A stretch of 64,000 nt of DNA, taken from assembly GCF_018350175.1 (NCBI RefSeq), contig NC_058368.1, forward strand, positions 232,750,001-232,814,000, read 5' to 3'. Position 1 is the stretch's first letter, and each line of letters opens with the position of its first letter. Below are positions 51,835 through 64,000 of this stretch, piece after piece. This stretch comes from Felis catus. Taxonomy: Eukaryota. The notes below the pieces were generated by a model that saw only the letters and a program-made list of their open reading frames with translations, was not told the origin of the DNA and searched no databases. The translations under genes and the position numbers were made by a program.

Positions 51835-52024
51835 GGGGCGCCTAGGTGGCTCAGTTGGTTAAGCTCCGGACTTTGGCTCAGGCCATGATCTTGCAGTTGG
51901 TGAGTTCGACCTCCACACCGTGGAGCCTGCTTGGGATTCTCTTTCTCTCCTCTCTCTCCCCCTCCCGGGCTTGTGTGTGCGTGCGCTCTTTCTCAGATAA
52001 ATAAATAAACTTTAAAAAAATTAA
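51835..52024 (+). mobile_element. CAN-SINE
   Basis: Head, internal deletion, A tail. Confidence 0.9.
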
Positions 52025-52389
52025 AAAGACTTAAACTGAAACTCGTAACATAATTCGGGTTTTTGGACTGAGACTAAGAGTTAATACTAAGTTTACCGTC
52101 CTCTGGACAATTACACCTGACTAAAAGCAAATTAAGCCTTGAAGAAAGTAATTGGCAAAAAAATTAAAAACAAAAAAATCACTAAATGCATCTAATTCAG
52201 TTTTGTTCTTCGGCATCAGAAAAGAATCTACCAAACAGCAGACACATACTTGTTAAACGAATGAACGACACTTAAACTCTCAAAACATAATATAGAAAGG
52301 GCAGTAAACAGTTAGTGATTACTCACTACTACTGTGAAAATTGGATGGTGGAAACATTCTTTCTTACATGGCTAATAATTTATATCACC

Positions 52390-53400
52390 TCCCGGGCGCC
52401 AGGCACAGCCCCAGGCACTTCAGAGGACAAACCCCTCCAGCGCACCACCACCTTACAAAGCAGGTGCCAAGGCCCCTGTTTCTCGGAGGCGGTGCCCGGG
52501 CAACCGCAGGCACTGGCAGGTGCAGAAGCCTGTGGTCAGGATTCCCCGTGCCACCTGGGGCCGCGTTCCGAACATTCCCGAGTTCCCTCGCGCCACCCCC
52601 CTCCCCCACCCCGCGTCTAGGGAAGTGCTCAGAACAGATCCACCCGCGGAGGGGACCACAGCGCCCTGCGGGACCAGCGCCGCTCGTGCCAACGCCGCCG
52701 CGCGGCCGGGACCCGCTCCCGGGAGGCGGCGGGAGGCCCCCGGGCACCGCGCTCTCGGATCTCCGCCCTGCGGGGCCGCGCTCTAGACCGACCCGCGAGC
52801 GCCCAGCCCGGCCGGGGGAGGGACGTGGGGGCCGGCGCCCTCGCCCACCCTGGTCCTCAGCTGGACGCGCCCGAGGAAGCGACGGCTGGCCCCCACTTAG
52901 AGCCGGACCCCGAGACCCGGGAGAGCAGCTTGGGGACCGCGGTCTCTGCTTCCGGGCCTGCGCACACTCTCCAGGCGCACCTGCTCCGCGCCCCAGACCA
53001 ATCAGAATCCGGGCCCGTGACCCGAAGCCAATCGCAGCGCGCTCCGCGTGTGGGCGGAGCTTGGGCGCAGCCAGGAGCGAACCGCGTCTGTCTGCGCCGG
53101 GCCCCGGGGGCTGGCGGCCGCTTCTCCTCCGGCCTGGCGTCCGCTCGACCCGGGGCGCGAGCTCGGGTGCCCCTGGGTGCCGAGCCTTGGGTGGGAGGTC
53201 CTCCGCTCCCCGGGGAACTCCCGCCTCCTGCTCCGCGGCCCCCCAGCGGGGAGCTTCGGGCGGGACGGGCTGCAGCCTCTTCCCCAAGCGCTGCCCTTCT
53301 CTTCCTTCTCTTTTCCCTGTACTCTGAGGGGGGCCTGTTCTTCTGAAGGCGCGACCCCTAATTTCTGGAATGCCTCCGGGCACCGCCCCTGCCTTGACCT
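52390..53400. promoter_or_regulatory. CpG island / probable Pol II promoter (gene and direction not identified)
   Basis: Abrupt ~1 kb very GC- and CpG-rich segment in a CpG-poor background. CCAAT at 52998-53002 and 53028-53032, GC box GGGCGG at 53052-53057, ETS-like GCTTCCGG (CCGGAAGC on -) at 52948-52955. No TATA box seen. Confidence 0.88.
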
Positions 53401-53898
53401 ATCCGAAATGTCACCATTCTGCCCGAAAAATCATTGAAGATCTGCGGCTACCTCTTTCCTTAAGTTTGATCTTGACCGACACCGCTGATGTGTTGAACAC
53501 ATAGAAAAGGCACGGGCTGTGGAGACACACATCCAGAGCCTGACCCCATCTGATACCCCCTGCGTTGAGTGGCCAGACGTCTGCCCCTCTTGGTTCAGTT
53601 CTCATGGAGAAAATGAGGACGGCAGTATGTGCTAGAGGGATTGTTAACACACGGACCGCATTACAGCTGTGCCTGGCACCTTGTAAATGCTCAAGTTAGT
53701 ATCATTATTAGGTAGCAGGCAACTTTCTTGCTTTAGGCTGGGGGGAATCGAGGTCCATGGTGTTCTGCCCTGGCGCTTAGAATTTAACGGGGATTCTGCT
53801 AATTTTTTAGATACAGACTTTCATTTCATCAACACTGATGAATTTTGTTGAGTGAGGCATGTTCTCAAATTAGAATCTTTTCCAGTATTTAACCATAC

Positions 53899-54062
<164 letters not shown>

Positions 54063-54805
54063 ACTGTTCAAGGGAAAAGGAGAACCGCATGATTTTGGTA
54101 ACACTGAGAGGAATCTCTTAAATTTATCTGGTCTTGCCACACGTAGATCTCTTGCTGCTCTGAAAAAGTAATCTATGAATCACGTTTGCGGAAAACACCT
54201 ATGTCCTTGATTCTTTTCTCCACACCCAGCAGCTTTCAGGCTCAAATTTTTCACACCTGCTGTTGTAAATTCCAGGGCAGAACCCGGAAATGGGCTCCTC
54301 CGGTTGGTGTCTATTGTTTTTGCAAGCACACTACTGGGATAGAGCAAACGAGAATGAACACGGGGCTGAATAGATGTTTTACAGTCGATTTTCAATAAAT
54401 CATTTCATCACAAAAAGTGCCTGACATTGGGCACCAGACGTTTTGCTACACATTTTGGAAATGGAAGAAAAAGGAATCCTAGAGAATAACATCTGAAGTG
54501 TTTATAATCTCGTTTTGAATCCTAAAACCTGTCAAATTCTGGTTTGGCGACTGCTTTGTAAGCCCTGATGGTTGCCTGTGGGTCCCTACAGTAACTTGTT
54601 AGTAAGCCTGATGTCGGAATGCCAAAATTGGATGAAGAAAATTGATGGACACTCACACTATTTGTATTGGAGAAAGTATGATTAAACTCCCAAAGTCCAG
54701 CTAGGGCAGCCCTGGGAAAATTAGAAGAATTTACCACAAAGGGTGTTGTGTCATTCTTTAGCATACGCTGGGCTGAAAAAAAGTGGATATACAGTCAACT
54801 GTTTA

Positions 54806-55021
54806 TTTATTTATTTTTTAACGTTTATTTATTTTTGAGACAGAGAGAGACAGAGCATGAACGGGGGAGGGGCAGAGAGAGAGGGAGACACAGAATCGGA
54901 AACAGGCTCCAGGCTCTGAGCCATCAGCCCAGAGCCGGACGCGGGGCTCGAATTCATGGACCGTGAGATCGTGACCTGGCTGAAGTCGGACCCTTAAGCG
55001 ACTGCGCCACCCAGGCGCCCC
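54806..55021 (-). mobile_element. Young felid CAN-SINE
   Basis: Perfect 16-bp TSD TACAGTCAACTGTTTA (54790-54805 / 55022-55037); CpGs intact. Confidence 0.96.
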
Positions 55022-55249
55022 TACAGTCAACTGTTTAAAGTGAGATGAGAAATAAGTAAGTAAGTAAGTAAATAAATAAATAAATAAATAAATAAATATA
55101 AATAAAATGAGGTGAGCAACATCTCTCAGTTGGTAGTTTCTAACCTGTAGTCCCATATTAATAAGCCCAAGCACACCATGCTGGTGCTTCCTGATCAGAC
55201 ATTACCTCTGATTATAAAAATGTGGAAAGGTGCTATAAAACACACCCCT

Positions 55250-55461
55250 TCTTTTTCTTTCATTTTTGAAAAGTTTGTTTATTTTGAGAGTGAGAGAGGG
55301 CATGAGCAGGGGCAGAGAGAGAGGGAGACAGAGAATCCCAAGCAGGCTCCACGCTGTCAGTGCAGAGCCCAAGGTGGGGCTCGATCTTACAAACCTCAAG
55401 ATCATGACCTGAGTCGAAATCAAGAGTCAGAGGCTTGGCCAACTGAGCCACCCAGGCACCC
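55250..55461 (-). mobile_element. CAN-SINE
   Basis: Reverse copy. Confidence 0.92.
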
Positions 55462-55839
55462 TGCTATCGCTTAATTTTCTAATGAGAAGCTAGATAAAGT
55501 CTCAGACGCATTCAGATACTTGGGGCACAATAATCATTTTCCCACAGAGTCCCAGCGTAACATGTTGCTGTACCTTGTGAGTGATCCTGTGATATTTCAG
55601 TGGCAAATGGATTCCTTCAAAACCCATTTTGGATGCAACAGCAGAAAGTTGTTTCTCCCATTTGCCAAAGAGAAACTGCCACCCAGTCAGGTTTCTGAGT
55701 TAATCAGTCCACTTAGAGAAGTAACTTACTTGCTGTTAAGAGCCATACTTTATTGAGAAAACTAGAAAATATACTATTCCCTCATTTTGATGGGGTTTTA
55801 TTTACCATAATGCTATTGACATTCCTTAATTCAGTTTTT

Positions 55840-56055
55840 TAAAAAAATGTAACGTTTATTTATTTTTGAGAGACAGAGAAAGAACATGAGCAGGGGATGG
55901 GTATAGAGAGAGAGGGAGACACAGAATCTGAAGCAGGCTCCAGGCTCTGAGCTGTCAGAACAGAGCCTGATGCAGGGCTCGAACTCACGAACCGTGAGAT
56001 CATGACCTGAGCTGAAGTTGGACGCTTAACCAACTGAGCCACCCAGGGGCTCCCC
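55840..56055 (-). mobile_element. CAN-SINE
   Basis: Reverse copy. Confidence 0.93.
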
Positions 56056-56074
56056 GCCTTGATTCATTTTATAA

Positions 56075-56078
56075 CTAT

Positions 56079-56117
<39 letters not shown>

Positions 56118-56284
56118 GAGAACATGAGTGGAGGAGGGGCAAAGAGAGAGAGAGGAAGAGAGAGAGAATTCCAAGCAGGCTCAGTGCTGTTAGCATGATG
56201 CTTGAACCCATGAACAGTGAGATCATGACCTGAGCTGAAATCAAGAGTCAGACGCTTAATTGACTGAGCCACCCGGGCACCCCC
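56075..56284 (-). mobile_element. CAN-SINE with (ATTT)n tail
   Basis: Reverse copy. Confidence 0.92.
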
Positions 56285-57314
56285 AAATTCCTTAATTTAT
56301 ATTTGCTGATTAAATGTCGTCTATTAGACTTTATGCTAAACATAGTATTTTCTTCATTAGTTTCAAGGTAAGCTGGTTATAACTTCTAAGGGTAGAAAAA
56401 CACTTGGAATTTTGATGTTTCAGAGTCTAGGAAGTTCTTAGGCTGAGCAGTGTTTTGCCCCTTTTCCACAATGATCTACAGAAGAGGTCAAGAGGCAGAG
56501 TATTTGAATTATAAGAAAGTGGTTAAGAAAACGAAACCCTTTCATGGAAAGGGAAGCTGGAAGTTTCTGAAGGGGCAGGTTCCTTACTGATCTTGCTGAA
56601 ATAGTGCAGTGTTCTTTTAGGGATGATGGTGGTGGTGATAGTAACCACAATCACAGATGTCAGACTCGCTGATGAAAGAGCCAATGTTGCTTTTTTGTCA
56701 TTGTCTTTGAGATTCATTTTTTAAATTTTTTTCTCACATCATTTCAAGTCCACCTTGATATGTCAGGTGGCCGGATCTCAGTTAAAGGGAGTGTATAGTG
56801 AGAAATAAAATTTTAAAAAAAGACGATAATAATTTTGAGAATTTATATAAATAGATATACATTTATGAAAATATATACATTAACATAATCATTGAAATGT
56901 GCAGAAAATTATTTTAACTGGTACCAAGATTTTATTAGTGTGAAACTGGGGCAGGGATAACAATACAAAGAAGTAACAGGGAACTGAATTCGGGTAAGCT
57001 GTTCTTACAGGGACGGATTCAAGGCAAGTGCGTGATTTTTAAGTCACAAAACGGAGTGAATTGCATTTAGTCAAATATAAGCGATTCATTGTCTAATGAA
57101 AGTAAGTTGAGGGACAAGGGAGGAGAAGGCAGGAAGGCGAAGGTGAGGGCTTGTGGGTAGGAAAGCCTCAAGGTAGGAAGATTGAGTTCTAGTCTCTCTG
57201 AAGTCAAATAGTTCCATTGAGAAAGAACAAGAAAAGGAAAAAATAAACCCTGTTATTAATTATGCACTTAACTTCTATTTATGTCAGATCCTGTATCAAG
57301 AACTTCGATCACAC

Positions 57315-57470
57315 ACCAGCCATGTGATTTGTGACAAGTTAATTTCCTTCCCAAGCCTTAGTTTCCTTGAAGGCGGTAATAGGGTCGTGTGAGAATTAAA
57401 TGATTTAATACATATAAAATACTTACGAAAGTGTCTGCCACAAAGAAAGTTAAGTACAGTGTAAATACTA
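57315..57470 (+). mobile_element. MIR SINE
   Basis: GCCATGTGATTTGTGACAAGTTA ... AGGGTCGTGTGAGAATTAAATGA ... AGTGTCTGCCACA. Confidence 0.65.
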
Positions 57471-57983
57471 ATGAAATTTTTATTTTTATGTCTGATTTTC
57501 TAACATGATTCACCTTGTCTTTTGGGTTTGCTTCTTCATCAATAAAACATAGGACAAGGGAAGTTATGTTAGTTCATCTCTAAGATCATTTAAAACACTT
57601 GATGGTTTTTAGTGACAGAGAGTGAACAATACAGAGAGACTAAAATAGATTGGGTGGGAAACAGACAGAATAGATTCTGATATGTTTAGTACCCTGCTAA
57701 CCACACTGCTTACTTGGGGGCTAGGATCCGAAGGATTTTAACTTCCCCTTGAAATCTTGTAATTAGTTGATTTCCAGCTGTTCACAGATCTATATTATTT
57801 AAACAACAGATTTTCTTGACCTTCAGTCAAAGAAGTGTGTAGATTCAGTTAAATAGAAGGTTCATGAACCTCTAGAAATCACTATGTGCAGTGTATGATT
57901 TTTTTGAGAAAAACCGTATATAACATTGAGTTTTTAAAAGTATCTGTGACTGCCTCCCAAAACCTAAAAAGATTTAAACTTTT

Positions 57984-58206
57984 AAAAAAATTTTTAAAGT
58001 TATTTTTTTTATTTTAGAGAGAGAGAGGGAGAGACAGAGCACACATGAGGGGGGGCAGAGATAGACAGAGACACAGAACCTGAAGCTGGCTTTAGGCTCT
58101 GAGCTGTCGCCACAGAGCCCGACGCGCAGCGCGAACTCTTCAACCACCTTGATCATGACCTGAGCCGGAGTCAGACGCTTCACCGACGGAGCCACCCAGA
58201 AGCCCC
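57984..58206 (-). mobile_element. CAN-SINE
   Basis: TSD AAGATTTAAACTTTT (57969-57983 / 58207-58221). Confidence 0.94.
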
Positions 58207-58309
58207 AAGATTTAAACTTTTTAAAAGGCTCCATCATGTCCTCCTGCATTTCTTTCTAGCATTTACAAGAGGATGACAATGTCTCCCTGCTGTGACTGTT
58301 GAGAGAAGC

Positions 58310-59560
58310 CTGGCCACACACCTCCTCCCCAGACCTCTTTGTCACCCATCTTCCAGTTCTGGTCCCTTGAAGTTCATGATCACCCAGGCAATCTGTTAGC
58401 CACTGCTTATGAGTCAGTATGGAGATGTCCCTCTGAAATCTCTCTCCCCTCCCCCCCCCCGGAGGAAATAAACACCTGGGGCACTGCTTGAAGATCTGTC
58501 CATTGACAGAGTTTCCCTTTGTCATGTACTTAATGCTCCTGAAAAGTGGGGCTGCCAGAGGGTCCCCCAGAGAGGGGATGGAGTGCTGTCTCCATCCACG
58601 CTCAGGTGATGCCAGCATATTATGCACAATTATCTATAAACCTCACTTGAGTTTTTCCTTCCTTCATCAACACCTCACACGGAAATCCCCCCGTGGCCAT
58701 GTTTGGGCTGAGAGAGGAGCCACGCAGGTCTTTGTCCCTCATCTCACTTTACCTTTAAGTCCTGTGGTGCCGAATCTCCTACGTAAAACTTCAACCCGAT
58801 GATAGAGAGCTGCTAAGACATTCAGCTTTATTACTCAGGGCCTCAGGCATCTCCCAGTGCTTGAGGGGCAGAGCAGGTGGAACTGTAACTTAATGGCTCA
58901 GAATCCGATACTGGGTCTCTACTGGGGTGCAAGCCAGAGCTGTTAGAAGAAAACACCTCCGTCGCCGACGAAAGAGCGTTGCTGCACAATCCTGAAATTC
59001 CGCAACGTGACTCTGTAGAGACTCTGACTAGCATTTCCATCTGCAATAACTTGAAGCACTTTTGGATCTACTGGGACCTCAGGGCCCCGTGGCAGGTCCA
59101 CTTGGAGGGCAGCCCAGACCTACTGCAGAGCAATATGTTGATCTGGTCCTCATTCCAAACTGATGGCCCTTGAGGTTTTTCAAATAAGTCAGAGTAGCAC
59201 ACGGCAAATCCAAAAAGGCCTTTGCCTTGGAAGAGATATCGCAACATACCCGCAGAACATTGAGGCTCTAGATATTTTAGCAAAGTAATAGAGCCTTACG
59301 TTTTGTGGTGTCCATTTCTCGTCTCTGGCACGAACACATCTAGACAAGGTATCTAGGGCATTGGCTGCTTTTTGCTCACTGGATCAGATCAGCAGGATAT
59401 CACCAACGTAGAGGGCCAGCATAAATGTATTGTAGGATATGGAGGCCACCAAGATCCCTGTGAACTAGATTATTAGATAGGGCTAGAGAGCAAATACCGT
59501 TTTGCTGATCTCACCAGGTGAAAGCAAACTGCTTCTGATGCCCTTTATTTCAAGGTGTAT
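58310..59560 (-). mobile_element. Decayed ERV-L internal pol fragment (RT and RNase H)
   Basis: Minus-strand translation gives HQKQFAFTW (59514-59540), LSNNLVHRDL, YVGDILLI (YxDD box, 59399-59410), GLFGF, HTDS*AVANRL and QNWKMGDKEVWG (58327-58361), in the order expected for ERV-L Pol. Many stops and frameshifts. Confidence 0.85.
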
Positions 59561-60443
59561 CATAAAAGCTACTCAAGTAACAGGCCTCTGGGAAATGTGG
59601 TTCAAAACTTCAGCCAAGTTGAAACAGCACAACCCAGCAAAACGCAGACAAATGGTTATAGTTGGTTATAGTCTAACGTGACTTGCACACCCATACTGAG
59701 ATTTGTGCAAAGCATTATGGCAGTACAGAAGAATTTAAGACTCCAGGGGAACCAGAAGCTAGCTAATGGGTGATTTATGATCTGAATTTTGGAAGGAGGA
59801 GAGGGAATGGGTGTGGGACGATATGTCAGGCCGCATTCCAGCTGGACTCATTTGGCAGCCGAGACTGGTTTGCCACCGTGGAGCACGGGATTCAACGCTC
59901 GCGGAGTAGTTACAGGAAATGAGACTAGATGTGACTTCTTCCTTCACGGTGTATAAAACAGCTTTTAGCCTAGAAATTGTGCGTGCATTTCATAAAGATA
60001 ATTTAAGCTTATAAATAAATTAGACTGATACATATTAACCTGCATTCATCGAAACAGGAGACAAACATTGAGAATTTAACTGAACTTACGTATCGCATCC
60101 ATATTGTCTGTTGACCACATTTATTGGAAGCACTTGACTGGAGACACTGTGACAGTTAAAGTAACAGTTGTTCTTTTCCTCAAACCACAATATAACATTA
60201 TTTAATGGTCGAATACTATTTATTGTACTATTTATTTGCATAAATTTATTAACCATTTCCCTTTGTTTCCTGATTAGACGCTGTTATATATTGTCAATAT
60301 ATATTTTGGGGGGTAGGATATAAAAACTAGATGTGGGTGGTGATCACTTATTAACCTGTGAAGCCAGCACTGTCACTCCTGTCTGTATGAACCACAGAGT
60401 ATGGCCTTATCTTGAATCACAATAGAACTTAATAAAACAGTAT

Positions 60444-60829
60444 TATGATGGTTGATTTTATGCATTTACATGGCTAGACAACGTAACCAGTTTGTGGTCG
60501 AATGCCCCGGTCAAATATGGAAGTATTTTTTAGGTGGCATTAACATTTAAGTCAAAAGATTTTAAATAAAACATTACCATTCATAACCGGTGGGCCTCGT
60601 TCAATCAGTTTGAAGGTGTTAAAAGAAAAAGATTAAAGTTCCCAAGGAAAAGGGAATTCTGCCTTTGGACTTAAGACTCTAACATCAGCGCTTCTGTGAG
60701 TCTCCAGAATATTAGTCTGCCATGTAGATTTCATGTTTGCCCAGCCCCTACGATTGTGTGAGTAAATTCTTTGAAAATATATCTCTACATGTACACATCC
60801 TGTTTCTTTGGAGAACACTGACAAATTCA
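60444..60829 (+). mobile_element. MLT2-type (ERV-L) solo LTR
   Basis: Starts TATGATGGTTGATTTTATG and ends TGTTTCTTTGGAGAACACTGACAAATTCA, matching MLT2 termini as recalled. Confidence 0.75.
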
Positions 60830-61253
60830 AGGATAAACCAAACAGTGGTTTAAAACATCCAATTTAAAAATGTATCTGTGCACAAAGGAGTTGCTGCTTA
60901 ATTTAAAAAAGAACTTGTCAACTTGAATAAATATTGGATAATTTATAATCAAGGCTGGATTACAAATAATCTTCAGAACAACATTGGCATGAATAATTGT
61001 GTTTAAACATGATTTTCAAACTCTATTTTTGCTAGTAATTTTCGATCTATTTACTAAAGAATCAAGTGGGCCTAAAGTGGGTTGATTTTCTCCTATTTTA
61101 CTTAGTTGGTGAGGAAATAATTAGTATTAATATAGCAAACAGTCAAATTCAAAAGAAGAAAATGTTTTCAAGTTGGATTAGCAGCCTATGAATGACAAAT
61201 AAGTTGATATGGGGTGCACTTATTGGAAAAATAAGGTTGTACAAATTCATGGT

Positions 61254-61650
61254 TGTCACAGGTTACACTGTGTCTTGTAAAAATGTATATGTTGAAGCCC
61301 TAACGGAGATTACCTCAGAATCTAAACTTATTTGGAGATTATTCCCCCATAAAGTTGGGGGGGGGGACTTGGAGACAGACAGGCATCCAGGGAGAACTCC
61401 ATGCTGAGATGAAGGCAGGGGTCAGGATGATGCTTCTGTAAGCCCAGGAGTACCAGGGATGGTCAACAAACTGCACTGCCAGAAGCTAGGAGAAAATCAT
61501 GGAACAGACTCTTCCTCCTCACAGCCCTCAGAAGAAAGCAACACTGGAAACAACTCGATCTTGGAATCCCAGCTTCCGGAAATAGGAGGCAATGCATTGT
61601 GGTTGTTTAAGCCACTCAGTTTGTGGCACTTTGTTACAGCAGGGCCAACC
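61254..61650 (+). mobile_element. MLT1 (MaLR) LTR
   Basis: TATATGTTGAAGCCCTAA ... CCAGAAGCTAGGAGA ... TGTTTAAGCCACTCAGTTTGTGGCACTTTGTTACAGCAG are MLT1 hallmarks. Confidence 0.8.
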
Positions 61651-61729
61651 TCAACGATGATTTGTGAGCTAGTATTTCCTGTTCATTATTTTCAAGTTAG
61701 TATTTAGTGATTAGAAATAAATAATTATA

Positions 61730-61950
61730 ATAGGATAAGAGCTAAGTGTTTTGGGACATTTATTATTTTCCAAACACGGTGTTAAATGCTTTAAGTGTAC
61801 TGCCTCATAGATCATTCTAGTAGCCCCGTTTTACAAAAGAAACACAGAAGCGCAGGAAAGTAAGTTGCTTCAGTGTAAGTGGTAGGTCGAGGCACAAACT
61901 CAGAGAGTTTGGTTCTGACGTTTTCAATTCTGACCTCAATGCCATGCTAT
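61730..61950 (-). mobile_element. MIR SINE
   Basis: CCCCGTTTTACAAAAGAAACACAGAAGC ... GGCACAAACTCAG ... TCTGAC. Confidence 0.55.
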
Positions 61951-62372
61951 CTATTGGTGACACGACTAGTAAACATTTCCCTGCCTCTCAAAAAGTGTTT
62001 TCCAAACTCAGTGACTGGTTGCATTTGGGATGCTGAATTCACAACAGATACCTACGTGATATCAGGCTGTCCGCCTGAAATGTTTAGGTCCCAACGGTGC
62101 TAAATCCCCTCATCCACTTTCACATAGCACACATTATGGGAAGCTATCTACTATGTTTGAGATTTATTTTAAGAGAATAGACACCAATCCTTTATCTGGG
62201 TCTTTATTTCTGTGAATTTAAGTCAGCTGCTTAAAGAAAAACCTACATGATTACTTAGGTGTATTTAAAAAATATACAGTAATCTTATTTCCATGAATGG
62301 TATTAACGTCATATTTTGTGAATGTTGTGCACTTTAGTGGCATGGGTTCCAGTGACTGCAAAAGACGTGTAT

Positions 62373-62374
<2 letters not shown>

Positions 62375-62415
<41 letters not shown>
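62375..62415. repeat. (CA)n microsatellite
   Basis: Read directly. Confidence 0.95.
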
Positions 62416-62418
<3 letters not shown>

Positions 62419-62546
62419 GCTTGTTGTCTATCCAATACTACACACAGTTATGTCTGTCAAGGTCAGAGTATGCAATGTCTTTCCTTTATTTCATGATCTC
62501 TGGAGAGCTTGTTGTAAATACTTCGGTTAAGAGGCTGGTAGATGTA

Positions 62547-62752
62547 GGGGCGCCTGGGGGGCTCAGTCGGTTAAGAGTCTGGCTTTCGATTCGGGCGCAG
62601 GTCACGATCTCACAGTTCATGAGATCGAGCCCCATGTTGGGCTCTGCGCTGAAAGCAGATTCTGTGTCTCCCTCTCTCTCTGCCCCTCCCGTGAGCTCTC
62701 TCTCTCTCTCTCTCTCTTTCTCAAAAATAAAGAAAGAAACATTTTTTTTTTA
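62547..62752 (+). mobile_element. CAN-SINE
   Basis: TSD GCTGGTAGATGTA (62534-62546 / 62756-62768). Confidence 0.94.
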
Positions 62753-63445
62753 AATGCTGGTAGATGTAAATGATCGGCATCGTTAAAGGGGTTTCCATGG
62801 AGGAATAATTTTTGGTCTCTCCTTCTATTCTGCGGTTGGATACGTTGACCGAGATGCCTTCTCCAAGCCCATGTCTCCCCTCACGTTGGGCAGGGAGTTC
62901 CATGCTTCGCAGGCCCTGGATTTCCTGGGACGCGCTCCTACTGTTTCCTGAAACCTGGATGCCTTATCTCCTTTCCGCGCCGTGTGGTACAATTTCCAGC
63001 GGCTCAGTAGGAAGACACTTCCAGCCACCCATCTTATTTTTCTACCATGCCTGTTCTTTAGCGCCTAGAAGCATATGTTCACGGTTCTAAAGAACAAAAA
63101 ATCTAGAGAGGTTGGAATGTTACATATTTACCACTGAGAAGTTACATACAGAAGGGCACCACACGGCTCCTTTGTATAAGGAATACTAACTGTACGTCAC
63201 AGAACGGAAGACACTAGAAACTACAACGGGTTAAACTTTAAATGTGAATTAATAATAGATTTCAGTACTCTTTTTTGCTATATCTGTTTCATCCTTTAAA
63301 CCCTTGTATACATATTGCTTTGAAGTGTGTAGTTTAATGTTGTGTCGAGGGTTCCTATCACCTGTTCCTGTCCCTCTCTTTTTTCTTCTTCATTAGATCT
63401 CAGGGAAGGAAGCTGAGCAATGTTTCTAATGAAATTTGCAGCTAC

Positions 63446-63940
63446 TGTCATATCAGTTAAAATGCTTTGGGCTGTAGGGGACTCGAAGCTGCTTAAGCAG
63501 TAAGAACATGATGCTTACCTCACGTATCTGGACGTTTACAACACTACTTATCTTACTGGCTCGAGAGGACAGAACCCCACGTCCTTCCCACTTCCCACTC
63601 TGCTGTCCTCAGCGTGGTCCTCGGGCTGGCTGCCCGGGTGGATGCGATCTCAGGGATCACATCTGTAGAATCAGGAAGAACGCTGAGTTCTGCGGGTCTC
63701 TTTTTTTTCACGAACGAAACTTCCCCAGCACCCCCGCCCGGCAGACCAAGCTGTGTATCTCCTTGGCCAGAAGCATCACAAGCCCATCTGTAAAAGAGTC
63801 ACTGGCAAAGCAGGGGGGTCCTCATAATTACTTAAACCTGAATTTACCCCAAAGCCATGTGATGGGGAGGGGGGGGATAGATGTCTGAGAAATCGGGGAT
63901 CGCTCTGCCGCACCGGAAAGACGGGAGAGGCATTTTGGAT
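63446..63940 (-). mobile_element. Old MLT1 LTR
   Basis: ATCAGTTAAAATGCTTTGGGCTGTAG ... TCTCCTTGGCCAGAAGCATCACAAGCCCA. Confidence 0.5.
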
Positions 63941-64000
63941 CGCCTATGTTGGTCTCATCCTTCTAGGCTCTGCTATATAAGGACTTGCTACCTACATGGG

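Noticed and set aside
52341..53383. 328-aa (+) and 332-aa (-) ORFs over the CpG island
   Set aside because: Pro/Gly/Arg/Ala-rich, mirror-image ORFs expected from stop-codon scarcity in very GC-rich DNA; no recognisable domain.
53826..53843. TGATGA box-C-like motif within a small hairpin (TTCATCA-ACAC-TGATGAA)
   Set aside because: No downstream box D (CTGA) or terminal stem at snoRNA spacing.
58890..59173. Protein-like plus-strand frame (ELLEENTSVADERALLHNPEIPQ...)
   Set aside because: It is the antisense of the decayed ERV-L pol sequence.
62790..63090. CpG-containing segment with short ORFs on both strands
   Set aside because: No recognisable peptide and no clear acceptor/donor pair; cannot support an exon call.

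Overview
Mammalian genomic DNA, most likely a felid: about 35 tRNA-derived CAN-SINEs, including two very young copies of the cat type. The window is repeat-rich and appears non-coding. It holds L1 fragments of several ages, L2 and MIR relics, MaLR (MLT1), MLT2 and MER21-type solo LTRs, a decayed ERV-L pol remnant (RT and RNase H motifs readable on the minus strand) and many microsatellites. The clearest functional element is a ~1 kb CpG island at ~52.4-53.4 kb with tandem CCAAT boxes, a GC box and an ETS motif, probably a promoter; I could not identify its gene or direction. I recognise no intact protein-coding exon; the long ORFs are GC-rich or repeat-derived artefacts. I found no convincing new biological system. 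The most notable oddities are a near-identical inverted pair of young SINEs bracketing the promoter, a tailless SINE with a perfect TSD, a candidate L1 3' transduction, a degenerate interstitial telomeric tract, a 162-bp alternating purine/pyrimidine tract beside the promoter, and a few candidate non-coding exons. Repeat family names come from recall of consensus sequences, not a database search, and edges of old repeats are approximate.
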